Origin: the human T2T-CHM13v2.0 reference genome, Homo sapiens
NCBI RefSeq assembly: GCF_009914755.1
Contig: NC_060947.1
DNA: 64,000 nt
Reading direction: 5' to 3' (one strand)
The position numbers and the translations under genes were made by a program. This document shows, one piece after another, positions 41,901-56,168 of the stretch; the stretch's first letter is position 1; each line of letters begins with the position of its first letter. The notes beneath the pieces are model-generated. The model did not search any database, had not been told where the DNA came from, and saw only the letters and a list, made by a program, of their open reading frames with translations.

Positions 41901-42054
41901 TAAGGCAGGCACAGAGTGATAAATATCACACGTTCTCACTAATATGTGGGAGCTAAAATAAAAATGATCTCATGGACATAGAGAGTAGAATGATGATTAC
42001 CAGAGGCTGGGAAGGGTAGTGGGGCATGGGGGTATAAAAGGGAATTGTTAATGG

Positions 42055-42824
42055 TTTTTTTTTTTTTCTTTTTGTACTTCAAGTTCTGGGATACATGTGC
42101 AGAATGTGCAGGTTCGTTACACAGGTATACACGTGCCATGGTGGTTTGCTGCACCCATAAACCTGTCATCTACATTAGGTATTTCTCCTAATGCTATCCC
42201 TCCCCTAGCCCCCCACCCACTGACAGGCCCCAGTGTGTGATGTTTCCCTCCCTGTGTCCATGTGTTCTCACTGTTTAGCTCCCACTTATGAGTGAGAACA
42301 TGCGGTGTTTGGTTTTCTGTTTCTGTGTTACTTTGCTGAGAATGATGGTTTCCAGCTTCATCCACGTCCCTGCAAAGGACATGAACTCATCCTTTTTTAT
42401 GGCTGCATACTATTCTATGGTGTATATGTGCCTCATTTTCTTTATCCAGTCTGTCATTGATGGACATTTCAGTTGGTTTCAAGTCTTTGCTATTGTGAAT
42501 AGTGCTGCAATAAACATGAATGTGCATGTGTCTTTATAGTAGAATGATTTATAATCTTTTGGGTATATACAGACACTTCTCAAAAGAAGACATTTATGCA
42601 GACAACAAACATGAAAAAAAGCTCATCATCACTGGTCATTAGAGAAATGCAAATCAAAACCACAGTGAGATACCATCTCACGCCTGTTAGAATGGCGATC
42701 ATTAAAAAGTCAGGAAACAACAGATCCTGGAGAGCTTGTGGAGAAATAGGAACACTTTTACACTGTTGGTGGTAGTGTAAATTAGTTCATCCATTGTGGA
42801 AGACAGTGTGGCAATTACTCAAGG
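42055..42824 (-). mobile_element. 5'-truncated, 5'-inverted L1PA (about L1PA6-8) insertion
   Basis: Antisense 3' end at 42055-42570 with poly-T at left, joined to a sense ORF2 segment at 42571-42824. Diverged TSD GTTAATGGTTTTTT/GTTAATTGTATTTT. Confidence 0.92.
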
Positions 42825-42853
42825 TTAATTGTATTTTAAAAAATACAGTTAGA

Positions 42854-43168
42854 GCCCGACACGGTGGCTCGTGCTTGTAATCCCAGTATTTTGGGAGGCC
42901 GAGGTGGGCAGATCACCTGAGGTCAGGAATTTGAGACCAGCCTGGCCAATACGGCAAAACCCTGTCTCTACTAAAAATCACGCAAAAATTAGCCAGGCAT
43001 GGTGGTGTGCACCTGTGATGCTAGCTACTCAGGAGGCTGAGGCAGGAGAATTGTTAGGACCCAGGAGGCAGAGTTTGCAGTGAGCCAAGATCGCGCCACT
43101 GCACTCCAGCCTGGGTGACAGAGTAAGACTCTGTCTCAAAAAATAAATAAATAAAAATTCTAAAAATA
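42854..43168 (+). mobile_element. Alu (AluSx-type)
   Basis: Full dimer with TSD AAAAATACAGTTAGA on both sides. Confidence 0.96.
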
Positions 43169-43830
43169 AAAAATACAGTTAGAAGGAATAAGATCTAGTG
43201 TTCGGTAGCACACTAGAACAATTATAGTTAATAATTTATTGTATATTTCAAAATAACTAAAATAGTAGAATTAAAATGTTCCTAAGACAAATAAATGATA
43301 AATGCTTGAAGTGATGGATATGCCACCTATCCTCATGTGATCATTATACATTGTTTGCTTATAGCAAAATACCACATGTACATCATCAATATGTACAACT
43401 ATTATATATCCATAATGATTAAAAATTTAAAAAAAAGAAAGGTGGTGCCCCCCTCTCCCCTTTTTCCTTGTTCCTTTCCAGGGAGACAAAGATAACAAGC
43501 TAAGGTAGCAGAGCAAGTGGGGGAAGGAGCCTGGGTCCCTAATGGGTGGAGCCACAGTACACAGAGAGAAATCAACTCTCAAGCCACTGTGGTGGATCCC
43601 TGTTACAGGCTGCTGCATCAATACCCTATCTATTGCAGATACCAATTTTAAAAGGATTCACCAGAAAATCTATGACACTATGCTTATTAAAGAGAAAAGT
43701 TGTATCTCATTTTTTTAAAATGGAGGCATAACCTAAATACCAATGTGCAAAATCCTAAGCGGGCCAGAGCTTGGTGAAATTTGCCATATCTATATGCTTA
43801 TGAAACTATCATTCAGCTCAAGATGTAAAG

Positions 43831-44049
43831 CAGGCATGAGCAAACTCCCGCCCACAAACAGAAAATCCGGCCTCCTTTTTGTAAATAAAGTTTTACTGGA
43901 ACACAGTTGTGCCCATTTGTTTATGTATGATTACGTATCATCTGCTGCATTTGCACTTCCATCAGAGTTGAGTAGTGATGACAGAGACCACATGTCTGTG
44001 AAGCCTAAAATATTATCTGGTCCTTTACAGGAAAAATTTGTCGACCTCT
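43831..44049 (+). mobile_element. MER58A MITE
   Basis: TTTTTGTAAATAAAGTTTTACTGGAACACAG...GAGTTGAGTAGT...CTGGTCCTTTACAG. Confidence 0.88.
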
Positions 44050-45459
44050 CTTATAGAGTATTCTGGAGCACACCAGAAGGCTCCCTCATGCCGTAAAAAC
44101 GAATTTTTCCATCAAATCTTGGACTCAGGAAGCAAGAATGATTATAGAAAGAGGAATATGCAAGGAAGATAGCATTTGCCATACAGGCTAGAACCCTCTA
44201 TTGATTTTGTCTCTTACTTATGGGCTAGATTTTGTAGCCTCCGTTGATTTTCTCCATTTCTTTGGAACAATCAAGCGTCTGACAGTTTTAGCTTGTCAAC
44301 AAGTAGCCTGCCAATGGATTTCAGAGCTTCTATTTTTAAAATTGTCTCACAAGAGTGACTAAGAATTACATTTAAATGAACAGGAATGAAGAGGGAAACA
44401 GATTCCCTAGGCAGTTGTGGTCCTTTGTTTGGTCTGTAATTTTGTAGTCACATCTGACTGTGGTCCAGTTCATACAATCCTTTGTTTAGGTATTGGATCG
44501 ATCTTGCAGGACATGGAAAATGAGAAGGGAGGCTGAGATTTCACAAGTTTGCCTTGGCCCCATTTCTTTTTTTTTTTTTTTTTTTTTTTTGCCCTTACGG
44601 CATCCATCTTATGATTTTTTTTCTTGCCTTTTGAACTTTCTTCACCTTCAGTCTGTTCCTTGAGTTTTGCACAAGTTCTCTAAGGTGTCTGCTCTCTTGA
44701 CAATACCAGGAAAGAGCCAAATAAATCAACCCAACAGCTCAATTGCACCTCTTTTATTGCCTAGGCAAGAACACATGCACGCCCACAATAAATCACCACC
44801 GCCCAAGAAGAGCATGTCCCAGATTAACGAGAAGCTCGGCCCTCTGTCTAGAACACTTCAAGAACATTGGATGTTCTTGAATTGGGATGGTAAGATGGTT
44901 CCCCTTGAATAGATGGTAAAGAACAGGTGTTCTCCTCCACCACAAGATCCTGGAACGGAGGCCTCAAATTCTGAAGCATTTTATCCTGTGCTCCACCCCA
45001 TTTATCCAAATACAGACAACCAAAGGGCCACTGTGATAATGGAGAAGACACCCTGGACACACATACCCCAGAGGACAGGCAGAACCAAGACCACACCCAA
45101 CTCACAAAGAGAATCTCTTCCAAAAATTTGTATTCACGTTTTAAGAACTCTAAAAGTAGGCTTACATTGGAGCAATGATTTAATGGGTGGCAGGCTCTCA
45201 GCCTAATTCTCCAGTCAATTCATTCTCTCCAGTCAAGTCATTATGGCGAGATCTCATAAAATAATGATCTTGCCAGTGTCTCAGAAACCTTAAGAAAAAA
45301 AGACTTTCTTGGCTAGCCCAGAAAGCAAATGACTACGTGTGTCACTGTTTCAATGAGTGTGAAGAGGAAAGCAAGATGTGGGCACAGAGGGTAGTGAGCT
45401 TTTTCCTCTTCCGAGCCACAACCCAGCCCTGTGCTGAGAAGGTGCAAAGTTTGAGGGGG

Positions 45460-45909
45460 GTGAGGACCTGAGGGTGAATAGTCATGGGGCTGAGAGGGAT
45501 CTAGAAGGAGAAGTTGGGGCTCCAACCATACCCCTTGTGCACTCTGGCCTGACTTCCAATTGCCAGTATCTCAGCTCTTTGCCTGATGGTGGCCCAAGTC
45601 TCTCCCAGCCACAGTGGGCTGGAAGTACCTGAAAATAACCCCGCCTGGAAGTAGCTCTCAGGTATGACTGACCTCCCTCAACCTTTAAGAAGTCTGAGGC
45701 ACATATTCCACACTGGTACCCCAGTGGGAATAAGACCCTGTTGCCCACAGTGAAAACTGCCTGATAAAAGCTCTTCGTATTAGCCTCCTTCCATTACCTA
45801 TCTCACTTTCCCACTCCCAACCCAGTACTTCCTGGGGTCACCCCTCAAATAAATGACTTGCACTTGAATCCATATCTCAAGGTTTTCTGAGGAAGTGCTA
45901 ACCAAGGCA
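45460..45909 (+). mobile_element. ERVL LTR (LTR16-like)
   Basis: 3' part CTCAAATAAATGACTTGCACTTGAATCCATATCTCAAGG resembles LTR16. The 5' boundary is uncertain. Confidence 0.6.
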
Positions 45910-46776
45910 TTCGGGACAATGAAGGTACAAATCCGGAGGGGTGTGGGCAGATAGGCAACCCCTCTATCACCCACCCATCTCCAGTCCATGTGTGAACCCA
46001 CGTCCTGACCCATCTCAGCAAGGGTCTGTAGACCCTCCGGTGCCACTTTACAGAGCCACTAAATTGCAGTACCCAAAACACGAAATTATTTAAGAAATAT
46101 GCTTGACTACATGTGAATAAGGTAGTGGGACTAAATACAGCCCACGACTGTTGCTTTTTGGCAATTACACAACGCCCTGAAATTGCAAATTGAGTGCAAT
46201 AAGTTATTGAAAGTGCCAAGTTACTCTTAACCAGCTAGGGAGTTTTAATACCACTTTTAATTTTCTCTCTATCCCTATCTCTATCTTTCAGACAAAGAAG
46301 CCATACTATTCTTGCTTCAGCAAGAGAAGTGCCATTTCCTTCTGTGGCCCTTGCTCAGGTGTTAGGGGTTGCTTCATTGCGATCTTTATTTTTTTGCGCC
46401 ACCTCCCTAGGTCCCATCCTCCTAGTGAAAGGCCCCCCGCCAACTCCCCCACCCCGCCAATCTATCCACATGGCAGCCATCTCCCCAACACTGCCCCCAG
46501 CTCTTCCTTGACTGCACTTTCCCTCTGGGAATGCAGAGACAGCATCTTCCCCTCTCTATGTAAGTCAGGGAAATCCAAGCTCTCCTACTCCACTCTCTCC
46601 TTAATTTCACACATTAACACAAGGCTGTGTGTATGCTGTCTGCCTTACTGAAAGGTAGAAAAATGACAGCCTGGAAATAGCTTGTATGGGGATTCTGCAT
46701 CAGGCTGTTCCCAGAGTTTAACAAAGTTATAAGGATAAAGTCACACCTTTACCACAGTACCTTCAGGAATGTGAGA

Positions 46777-47015
46777 GGCAGGTGGCATAGTCTTTATGGG
46801 TGTGGCTCTGAAGCAGCTGGAATGCATGAATCTAAGTCTAATCTATCATTCCTATGTGACTTTGGGCAAATTGCTTCAACGCTCCATGCCTCAGTTTTCC
46901 CATCTGCGCATCAAGGACAATAACAGCACTTTGCTCATAGGGTGTTTACAATATATAAATGAGTATAGAGTGCTTAGCACAGGGCTTGGCATATGGCAAG
47001 CCCTTAATAAATGTT
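46777..47015 (+). mobile_element. MIR SINE
   Basis: TGTGACTTTGGGCAAATT...GCCTCAGTTTTCCCATCTG core and GTGCTTAGCACAG 3' end. Confidence 0.85.
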
Positions 47016-48436
47016 AAGAGTTGATATTGCAAACCAAGCTCCCTGCCTTGCTTCTCTCTTCAAGACAGAGTCCATTCTTCACATTTCCATTTTCAAGCCT
47101 TCTCCCTATGGACAATATTTGGACTTGTCTAGGTCCTTTCTCCACCATGGCCACCCTCAGGACATGATAATGCCTAGAAACATTCAGTATGGAGGAGCCA
47201 CAGTCTGGGCTACTCTGAAAACCCTCTGAAGCACCTGTCAGTGGCAGGAAGGAGACTCTGTTATTCTTCCTGCAGTGTCTCAGTTTCCTACGAGTAACTA
47301 CTTCTTGGTGGACATGTATTGTTACATGCATGTGCACATGTGTGTACACACACACACTTGCAAAGGACAGTGATTCTCAGAAACTGGGGAGTCTCAATCC
47401 ATGAAGGGACAATTGAATCTGCCTTGGTTCTCCTTCCCACGATGGAAACACCAACATATATTACTGCTGTATAGAAGGTGGGTTCTCTATTCACATCGTC
47501 CTGCTTCTAAGAAGAATATTGCTAGGGGCATCGTAGTACACAAGAAGCAAAGCCTATAATAGCACCACTTCAAACAGCAGGGCCATTTACCTTTAATTTC
47601 TACTTTTAGAAATGAAGTATACAAAGGCTTGGCACAAGATCAGAATCAGACACTATTCTTTACCTTGGACCAGAAAAAATTCTAAGGCAGGGTTACCACC
47701 CCCTTCTAGTTTCTGAAATGGAAAGGAAAAAGCATAGAGATGTATTTTCCCTTGTCCGCAGCAAAGAGCAGGGGTGGCTCTTCCAACTGTATTTGTTCAA
47801 CACATGTTAATTGGGCACCTATAATATGTAAGTGGTGGACACTGAATGGAAATCCAAAAAACATAAATCTGGTCTTGTCTTTAAACAGACGGTAATCTAG
47901 TCAGAGGCAGGGGAATGCTTCAGAAGGACAGGCGGAGAAAAAGAGGTGGTGCCCTGATCACTACTTTACACCACCAAGTGCTTGGTCCTTGGTAGCAAAG
48001 TTTAAACTATGGTTTTAAAAAGAGTTGAAGTCTGGGGCAAGCCTAGTGTGTGTGTGAATCCATTCAGAGCCCAGAATTCATCTTAGCTATGATTTTCAAA
48101 AACCACCCATACTATGGGCTTTTCCTTTATATAGCTCTTCAGTCCACACATATCTGATAAAGTCTACAACTACATGCATGCATCCTAGATAGATCGTCTG
48201 TGCTGCCCCATAATTCCTACCAATCCCCCATTCTATTGTCAACTGCCATCTAACATCTGAAGGGGTTTGGGGCAAGAGTTTTTAGGAAAACATTTTGAAG
48301 TAAGAGATTGAGTAGATGATTCTCACTTAGGACATCACCATCATCCTGGCACATTTGTCTTCTGTTAGCAGACGATGTCACTATAAGAAAGAGAATACCA
48401 GGCAGTCCAAGGAGAGAGAATGCTGACCACAAAGCA

Positions 48437-48632
48437 TTTTTTTTTTTTTTGAGACGGAGTCTCGTTCTGTCACCCAGGCTGGAGTGCAATGGTGCGATCT
48501 CGGCTCACTGTAAGCTCCGCCTCCTGGGTTCACGCCATTCTCCTGCCCCAGCCTCCTGAGTAGCTGGGACTGCAGGCACCTGCCACCACGCTCGGCTAAT
48601 TTTTTGTATTTTTAGTAGAGACGGGGTTTCAC
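48437..48632 (-). mobile_element. 5'-truncated AluY-type element
   Basis: AAGCTCCGCCTCC and TTCACGCCATTCTCC (Y diagnostics). It stops in the left monomer. TSD-like CAAAGCATTT/CAAAACATTT. Confidence 0.93.
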
Positions 48633-49885
48633 CTTCAAAACATTTCTTACGTGGTGGCTCTCCAAATTAAAGAAAAGGTTTTAAATGAATGATGATGAAT
48701 ACATACCCTGCTCTGATTGGTAACTTTCACCATTAAACCTGCAAATTAAAAGGCATTTAAGCCAAAATTCATCCTCCCCACAACCTTGAGGGAATGAGTC
48801 ACTGAAGCAATTCTCACGTTTCTCCAGGCAGAAAGACAGGAGACTTTCCAAAAAAGGTTGTAGTTTTCCTGTTTCCTTGGCTGCCTCCACACATAGCCCA
48901 GCCATGACCACATGTGGTGATGGGCAGGAACCTATTGCCTTATTTGGCAATCTTGAGCCCTCTTTGTAGGGCTATTGGGGGCAGGATGAAAAGTCCAGAT
49001 CAAAACCACAATCGTGAAAAACAATGGAGAGTCAGATAAAGGAAGTAGGCATTTTATCTAGATTAAATATAAAATATTGACCCAAGAAGTAAATGTTTTC
49101 ATATGCATTGCTTCTTAAAGGACTCGTAGGAAAATATTTAGAATCTGCCATTTTTCTGTAATAATTTCACTCATTTTCCTTCTAGCCATGATGCTGACTG
49201 CATTTCCCAGCTGCTGCTGAAACAGCTCTTCTGTTGGGGGAGATTATGTGGGCTAACATTCACCCACGATTCTCTAAACTGATGTTTCTCAAGTATCCTT
49301 CATTCTGACCCCAACATGTGCTGTGTGCATTCATTACTGCTGACAGCAGGAACAGTGTGGGTCCCAAACAAGGAGATTGCACAATGAGAAATGGAGGCTA
49401 AGGGCATGAATGTTCTGAATTTTATAGCTTCCTGTCTGCTTTCCCTTAGGGGAATATAATTGGGGGACTGGACCCAACACAAATCTCAACTACGCATTTA
49501 GGCCTCCACAAAGAAGCAAGACTTCTAGTCCTTTCTGGAGCATTGCAAGCTGTACAGAAAAAAATACATTCCTCAGGGATTCTGCCGGCAACCACTCCTT
49601 TTATTCTGTGGTTCCCCAAAGATAAGGTCAGTCAGCTCAGAGAGGAAAGGAAAATGGAATGGGGAGAGACAGGATCAACCAGTAACGGGTGTGTCATCTC
49701 AAACTGGAGTGTGTGTCCATTGTCAACCCCAAGAAACCCAGAAAAACAAAATCTTTTTCCCCAGGTGGTGAGAGTGTCAACTGCATATGAGAGGGAAGGG
49801 TGCCCTCTGCTGTCATCTGTGATTTTTGGTTTTTAATTTCAAAGGAAACGTTCCAGCTCCATGTAAATCAGACTTAAACATTTTT

Positions 49886-50246
<361 letters not shown>

Positions 50247-51016
50247 CTAGGCTGGGTTCTGTGTCGGATGAGAGAGACTTGAGGGATAGCACAGGCAGCA
50301 ATCACAATTCCATTTCAGATGTCCTGCTGAGAGAAAATTGTGGTTTGGAAGAGGGCCTGTGAGCTTTATATATTCAGGACAATTTGCTTAGAAATAAAAC
50401 GACTTCTTGGGAGCAGGGTTCTCCTTGGGTGGCAGCATACTTGGACAGCATCTCCATTTGTTTCCCTGTCCTTTCCCAGTAAACCAATTTGGGTTCATTA
50501 TTAGATTCCTGAGTTTGTTTCTTTGGGAAAGAAAAATAAAATACAGTTCTCACTTAGGGAGATGGAAGGCAATGGCTTTGCATGAAGATACGAATTTAAA
50601 ACAAATAAATACAAGTGTTCAACTCTGATGAAAGATGAGTTGTATGATTTAATGTGCTTTCCTAGGGACATGTAAATTAACTGAGATATAAAATAATGAA
50701 TCTGCACATCTGCCTTAGAGTTCATCCAAATGCAATCTACAAGGCAAACTTAATCACGGTTATAATTAATACTTTGCAAATGGAAATGACTGGAAATGAA
50801 AGGCCGCAAACAACATCGATATTAATGCTTCAGTATTTGTTCTCTCCCTAGTTTTTACTTTCAAAAGTGTTTTTATCATCTTCTACAAAAGTCATACCTT
50901 GTACTTTATAAGGCATTTTGTTATATAGCCTCTTTATAGCTGAATTCATCCCATTATCAAAGGGTCATAGTTGGATTACCTACCTACTTAGATGTTTCTA
51001 AACATTTCTGATTTCA

Positions 51017-51304
51017 TTTTGCATTCTAGCAACCGGCTGACTCCACCCGAACTCGGGACTCATGACTCAACCAGTCCTTTGGCCCCCACCCAGAGGCAGG
51101 CTTAGCTCACAAGGACTATTTTCCACACCCCTATGATTTTATCATTAACTAATCAGCAGCACCCATTCCCCAGCCCTCTGCCCACCAAATTATTCATAAA
51201 AACGCTACCATCTGAATTCTTGGGGAGGCTGATTTAAATAATAACTCCAATCCTTCTGCTTCGCTAGCTCTGCATTAATTAAACACTTTGCTGAAAAAAA
51301 AAAA
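51017..51304 (+). mobile_element. ERV1 LTR fragment (MER50/LTR8-like) ending in poly-A
   Basis: TGGCCCCCACCCAG, CACACCCCTATGATT, AATCAGCAGCACCCATTCCC, CTGCCCACCAAATTA and GGGGAGGCTGATTT. ATTAAA is followed by A11. Confidence 0.75.
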
Positions 51305-51749
51305 TCTGGTTTCAAACATCTATCACTTGAACCCTTTTGGATTTAAGTAACGGAACCCAACTTGACCAAGGGAGGATTTATCTGCCTATGTTAATCAACA
51401 TTAAGGTCAGAAGTGCAGCTAGATCTCAGAGAGGACAGGAATCAAGAGGCTAAATTGCATCAAAGTTTTCTCCATCTTTCATCAGTGCTAATTTCATTCT
51501 CTTTTCTCTTGAGATTGGCTTTTCCTATGAGAAAGAAACCATGGCTGCTGGCCACTTTTGGGTTCATATTTCCCCACCTCCATCTTCCAAAAGAAAAAAG
51601 GATGCCTTCTCTTAAATCCTATGTTTTAAATCCCAAGGAAAGTTTCCGATTGCCTTTGCCTAGGTTATGAGTTCATATATGTGGCCAGGGTGGATGGGGT
51701 ACTAAGATGGACAATTAGAAGAAAGTAGACCTGTATAGACAAAATAATA

Positions 51750-51960
51750 GAACTTTCTTTCATGGGGCTTTTCTTGTGTGTCAGGCACTGTGGTAAGCAT
51801 TTTTTCATTTTTTGTACATAATTTCCTTTAATTCCCCAAACAATCCTACAAGAAAAGTGTTATTATTAGATTCTGGAATTGAGATTCAGAGTTTAGCAAC
51901 TTGTCCAAATTTGCACAGCTGGCAAATTGCAGAACTAAACCCATCCCATTTGTCTGATGA
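51750..51960 (-). mobile_element. MIR SINE
   Basis: GTGTCAGGCACTGTGGTAAGCATTT...GCAACTTGTCCAAATTTGCACAGCT. Confidence 0.65.
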
Positions 51961-52234
51961 TGTATGTTGGTTTCTGCTATAGAAAAAATGATTTCTGGAG
52001 TTCTGGTCAAGATTACATGCAACCTATTTGTACGCAAATCCTGAATATAAAAATTCTGTTTTTGAATTGAGGACAAATAAGCTATGATCCATACTTTCTT
52101 CAGCATAAGGGCTGAGTTTTGTTCAGTTTTGTTTTCCTTTTAACATCTCATCTAATGCCTTGGACATAGTAGTTGCCAAGTAAAAATGATTTTTAGGGTA
52201 CAGTGAAAGGCCTTCTAACTACAACTAAAAATGC

Positions 52235-52930
52235 GGATGTAAGAAAAGATTAATAAATTTGACAACATAAAAATTAAAATATTTTTTGCACAGCAAAAAA
52301 TGATGTAAAGAAAATCAAAAGACAAAGCGCAAGAAGAAGCTCTTCTTGCCCTATGAGGAGAAGCTTGCCCTGGGAGAAGCAATTTACAACAAATCTTACA
52401 GCTAAGGAGCTAAAATTCCTACCATGCAAAGGACTTTTTTAGTTGACTTTTAAAAGGCCAAAAATGCTACAGAAAAATGTGCAAAAGTCCTGAGCAGACA
52501 ATTCGCAAAAAGAGATGTAAAAATGACTCTTAAACTTACAAAAAGATGCTCAGCTTCATTCATAACAAAAGAAATGCAAACTAAAACTACACTGCGACAC
52601 CATTCTCAGCTATCAGAGTGGCAACAACTCAAACCTGACAACATGTTCTGTTGTTAAACTGTGGGGAAATAAGCACTCTCATTGCTAGAGGAAATGCAAA
52701 ACTGTGCAATATCTATGTAGGGATATTTGGCAATATCTAACAAAACCACATATCCATTTACCCTTCCACCTAGCAATGCCACTTGTAGAAATTTACACTG
52801 CAATACACCTCTAACGATATTAAAATGCATATGCAAAATGTTATTTATTGCAGTAATATTTGTCAAAGCATAGGACATTGGTTAATCAACTATGGTGCAT
52901 CCACACAGTGGAATACTATGCAGCTAAATT
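52235..52930 (+). mobile_element. Old L1 (L1ME/MD-type) ORF2 3' fragment
   Basis: AAATTTGACAACATAAAAATTAAAA, AAGATGCTCAGCTTCA, GAAATGCAAACTAAAAC and GGAATACTATGCAGC. Confidence 0.8.
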
Positions 52931-53251
52931 AAAATCACCAATGAAGGGCAGCTAAATTAAAATATGGTATGCCTCCAGATGTGTTACCCTGAAAAAGATA
53001 CAATATCATCTATATGATATTCTGCCCAAGAATGCATAACATCTTCAGATTTTCATATCTGTGAGTACAGGACCCTCCTTTCCCTGTGGATCCCAAAGCA
53101 ATACCTGGAGGGCTTAGGGAGGGGCACCTTGTTTGTATAAAAGAGAACCTGCCTGTACTGCAGTCTACCCCATTCTTAATAAAAGAAACTCCAAGCTTCC
53201 AGTTGTTCGGGCTAAAAGCTTTTGCTCCTCAAGATTCAATATCTCCTTCTT

Positions 53252-53588
<337 letters not shown>

Positions 53589-53864
53589 TGATAAATTGTA
53601 AGAAAAATATAGAGGACTTACTCTTTGTATATCAACATTTGTCTCAGAGGCCCTCTGCTCAGGCACCTCAGGTTTTGGGGAAATAGGAAGAGGATCAGAG
53701 GATAAGCAGATTAACACCTACCCCAATCCAAATGTTGGGACTGTACAGCTGGTAACGCTTACGAATATGATATCTTAATAAATTATTAGTTTTGAAGCCC
53801 ACACTAGAAACCCCTCATTCATTTTTGTAGAGCCAGAAGCACCATTAGATAGTGATAGAGCCCA

Positions 53865-54005
53865 TACTTCCCCTCACCTTTCACTCACCAGCACTCAGTC
53901 TCATGGCTACACCTAACTGCAAAGGAAGCTGGGAGATGTAGTCTGGTCATGTGTCCAAGAGAGGAAAGGAAATGGTTTGGTGAACAACTAGCCAGTCTCT
54001 GCCAC
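53865..54005 (-). mobile_element. MLT1J-like LTR fragment
   Basis: CATGGCTACACCTAACTGCAAAGGAAGCTGGGAGATGTAGTC...CTAGCCAGTCTCTGCCAC. Confidence 0.7.
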
Positions 54006-54408
54006 TTTGATAGTAGACTACAAAGAATGTCTTCCCTTTCACTAGTATGAATCTATTATTATTAAATATCAAAACTTATTCTTTATATTTTTAAAATTAT
54101 GATGGTTTTTTAAAAATGTATTAAATGGGTAACCTACATGAAACTCCTAATGGTGCAGAAAACCCATTAAGTAAACTATAGCTGCCAAACTTTGAGTAAC
54201 ATGGCAGAAAAGTCATATCAAGACATTTCTCAGAAATTTTCCTAGGTAATGGTAATTGAGAGACTGTAGATAGCAGGCTGGTTTCTCCATAAGGAGCAAA
54301 ATTAAGTGTTGCTGAAGCAATTCTGAAGTTCTAGCTGATAATAACTGCACACCAGCTGTTCCCATTTTATAATACTTTTCCATAAAGCCCCATATTTTAG
54401 CTTTTGCC

Positions 54409-54708
<300 letters not shown>

Positions 54709-55765
54709 TAACTTTTGCTTTTTAAAAAATCTTTTTCCCTTATTATGGAATTTGTATCTTTTACCTGTATGGTGGCTCAAAAGTGAGCAAAGTAAAAAGA
54801 AGGAACGCTAAGATTAGAAAAAAAAATAAGAAAAAATCCACAGGACTTCAGAAGTGACAGGCAGCACTTGTCCTTTCTAATGAAAGGTTGGATCATTGTC
54901 TGTTGTTGGGGCTGAACCCCATCTGGAGCTAGGGGTGGGAGTCATGAGAACACGGTACAGTTCCCATGATTTTGCCATTGGCCATCTTCTCTCTTTGCTC
55001 TTCCACTATGGTCTTTTTCAAATTGCATTTATTCTGCAGGTTCTTGACTCTGCTGGGAAGCCTTAAATCAGAGATCCTGATTTAGTTGGTCTGGGAATTG
55101 GAGTCGTAGGCATCAGTATTATTTTAAAACTCCCCGATTTTGAACAATTGGTATTGTTCAAAAATCCTTATGTGCACCAGAGGTGAGAACCACTGATTTC
55201 CTCTCTGCATTGCTGTTTGGTTGACTAATTTGGGGCACTTGACCATACTAGCTCTGATGAAACTGACTCAAATGAAATTCAAAGTTCATTCATTTCAAAC
55301 ATATGACGAAAAAAAAGCAGGAATCCCTCCCCTACCCAGGGCATAGTTTAAATTGTGACCAGTGCTAAGAACGGCCTCTGGGTAGCCAAAAATAATGATC
55401 ACAAAGTTCCTGCCCTGAAGTTGGTCTGATTTCTTCTCACAGGGAACTCTACCGGCCAGGACATTTCTGAATTAGCCACTTGCCTCAGTTATGCCCTTGA
55501 ACAACTTTGTAGAAAGTTGGGACAGAGCTTATTATCCATATAGATGAGTTGGGTATGTTATCAAGTAGACAATTTGGGGACCCTCTTGGCATTCTCAGTG
55601 CAAACTATGTTGGTTCCTCAGTAATACAAGTAGAACAACTGGTCACCCAGACTTGGAGTGAGTGTCCTGCATTGTTTGTAAAGACTGTTTTGCAAGTGGA
55701 ATTCAAATGTGGTGAATTGCACTAAGACTTCCAATCAAATCCAATTGAATGACATGCATATAGAC

Positions 55766-55980
55766 CAGGGTTTCTCAGCCTCGGCACTATTGACATTTGG
55801 GGCTAATTATTCTTTTGTGGGGGCTGTTCAGTGGATTGTAGAAGGCTTAGTAGCATCCCTGGTCCCTACTCACTAAACACCAGTAGCATCCCCACCTCCT
55901 GGTTTTGACAACTAAAAATGTCTCCAGACATTGCCAAATGTCCGCTTATGAGGAAAAACTGTTCCTGTTGAGAACCACTA
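55766..55980 (-). mobile_element. MER20 MITE
   Basis: CAGGGTTTCTCAGCCTCGGCACTATTGACATTTGGGGC...AAATGTCTCCAGACATTGCCAAATGTCC...GTTGAGAACCACT. Confidence 0.93.
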
Positions 55981-56168
55981 ATACAGACTCACTGTTAGTT
56001 TGTCAATTAAAAAAAAACCAGTGTTGTTGTTTTGAAATTTCTCAGTTTCAAAAGAATCAGTTGAGAAGGGCTCCCTTCCAAAATTCTTCTCTGTCTGCTT
56101 CCTTCTAGTCCCTTCTGCTCCCATCACGCCATGCACACCAGCAGCAAGAGTGAGCATTGCTCTGGGAC

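Larger units (their letters stand above)
41893..43437 (+). mobile_element. L1MA-type 3' UTR, split by younger L1PA and Alu insertions
   Basis: GTTCTCACTAATATGTGGGAGCTAAAA...GTTAATGG resumes as AAATACAGTTAGAAGGAATAAGATCTAGTG...AATTTATTGTATATTTCAAAATAACTA. Confidence 0.88.

Noticed and set aside
41939-42539. ORFs of 76-83 aa
   Set aside because: Derived from the L1PA 3' UTR and ORF2 end. Not a cellular gene or an intact L1.
44567-44720. Isolated T24 run as the tail of a minus-strand retrocopy
   Set aside because: No poly(A) signal at the right distance, no TSD and no recognisable parent sequence.
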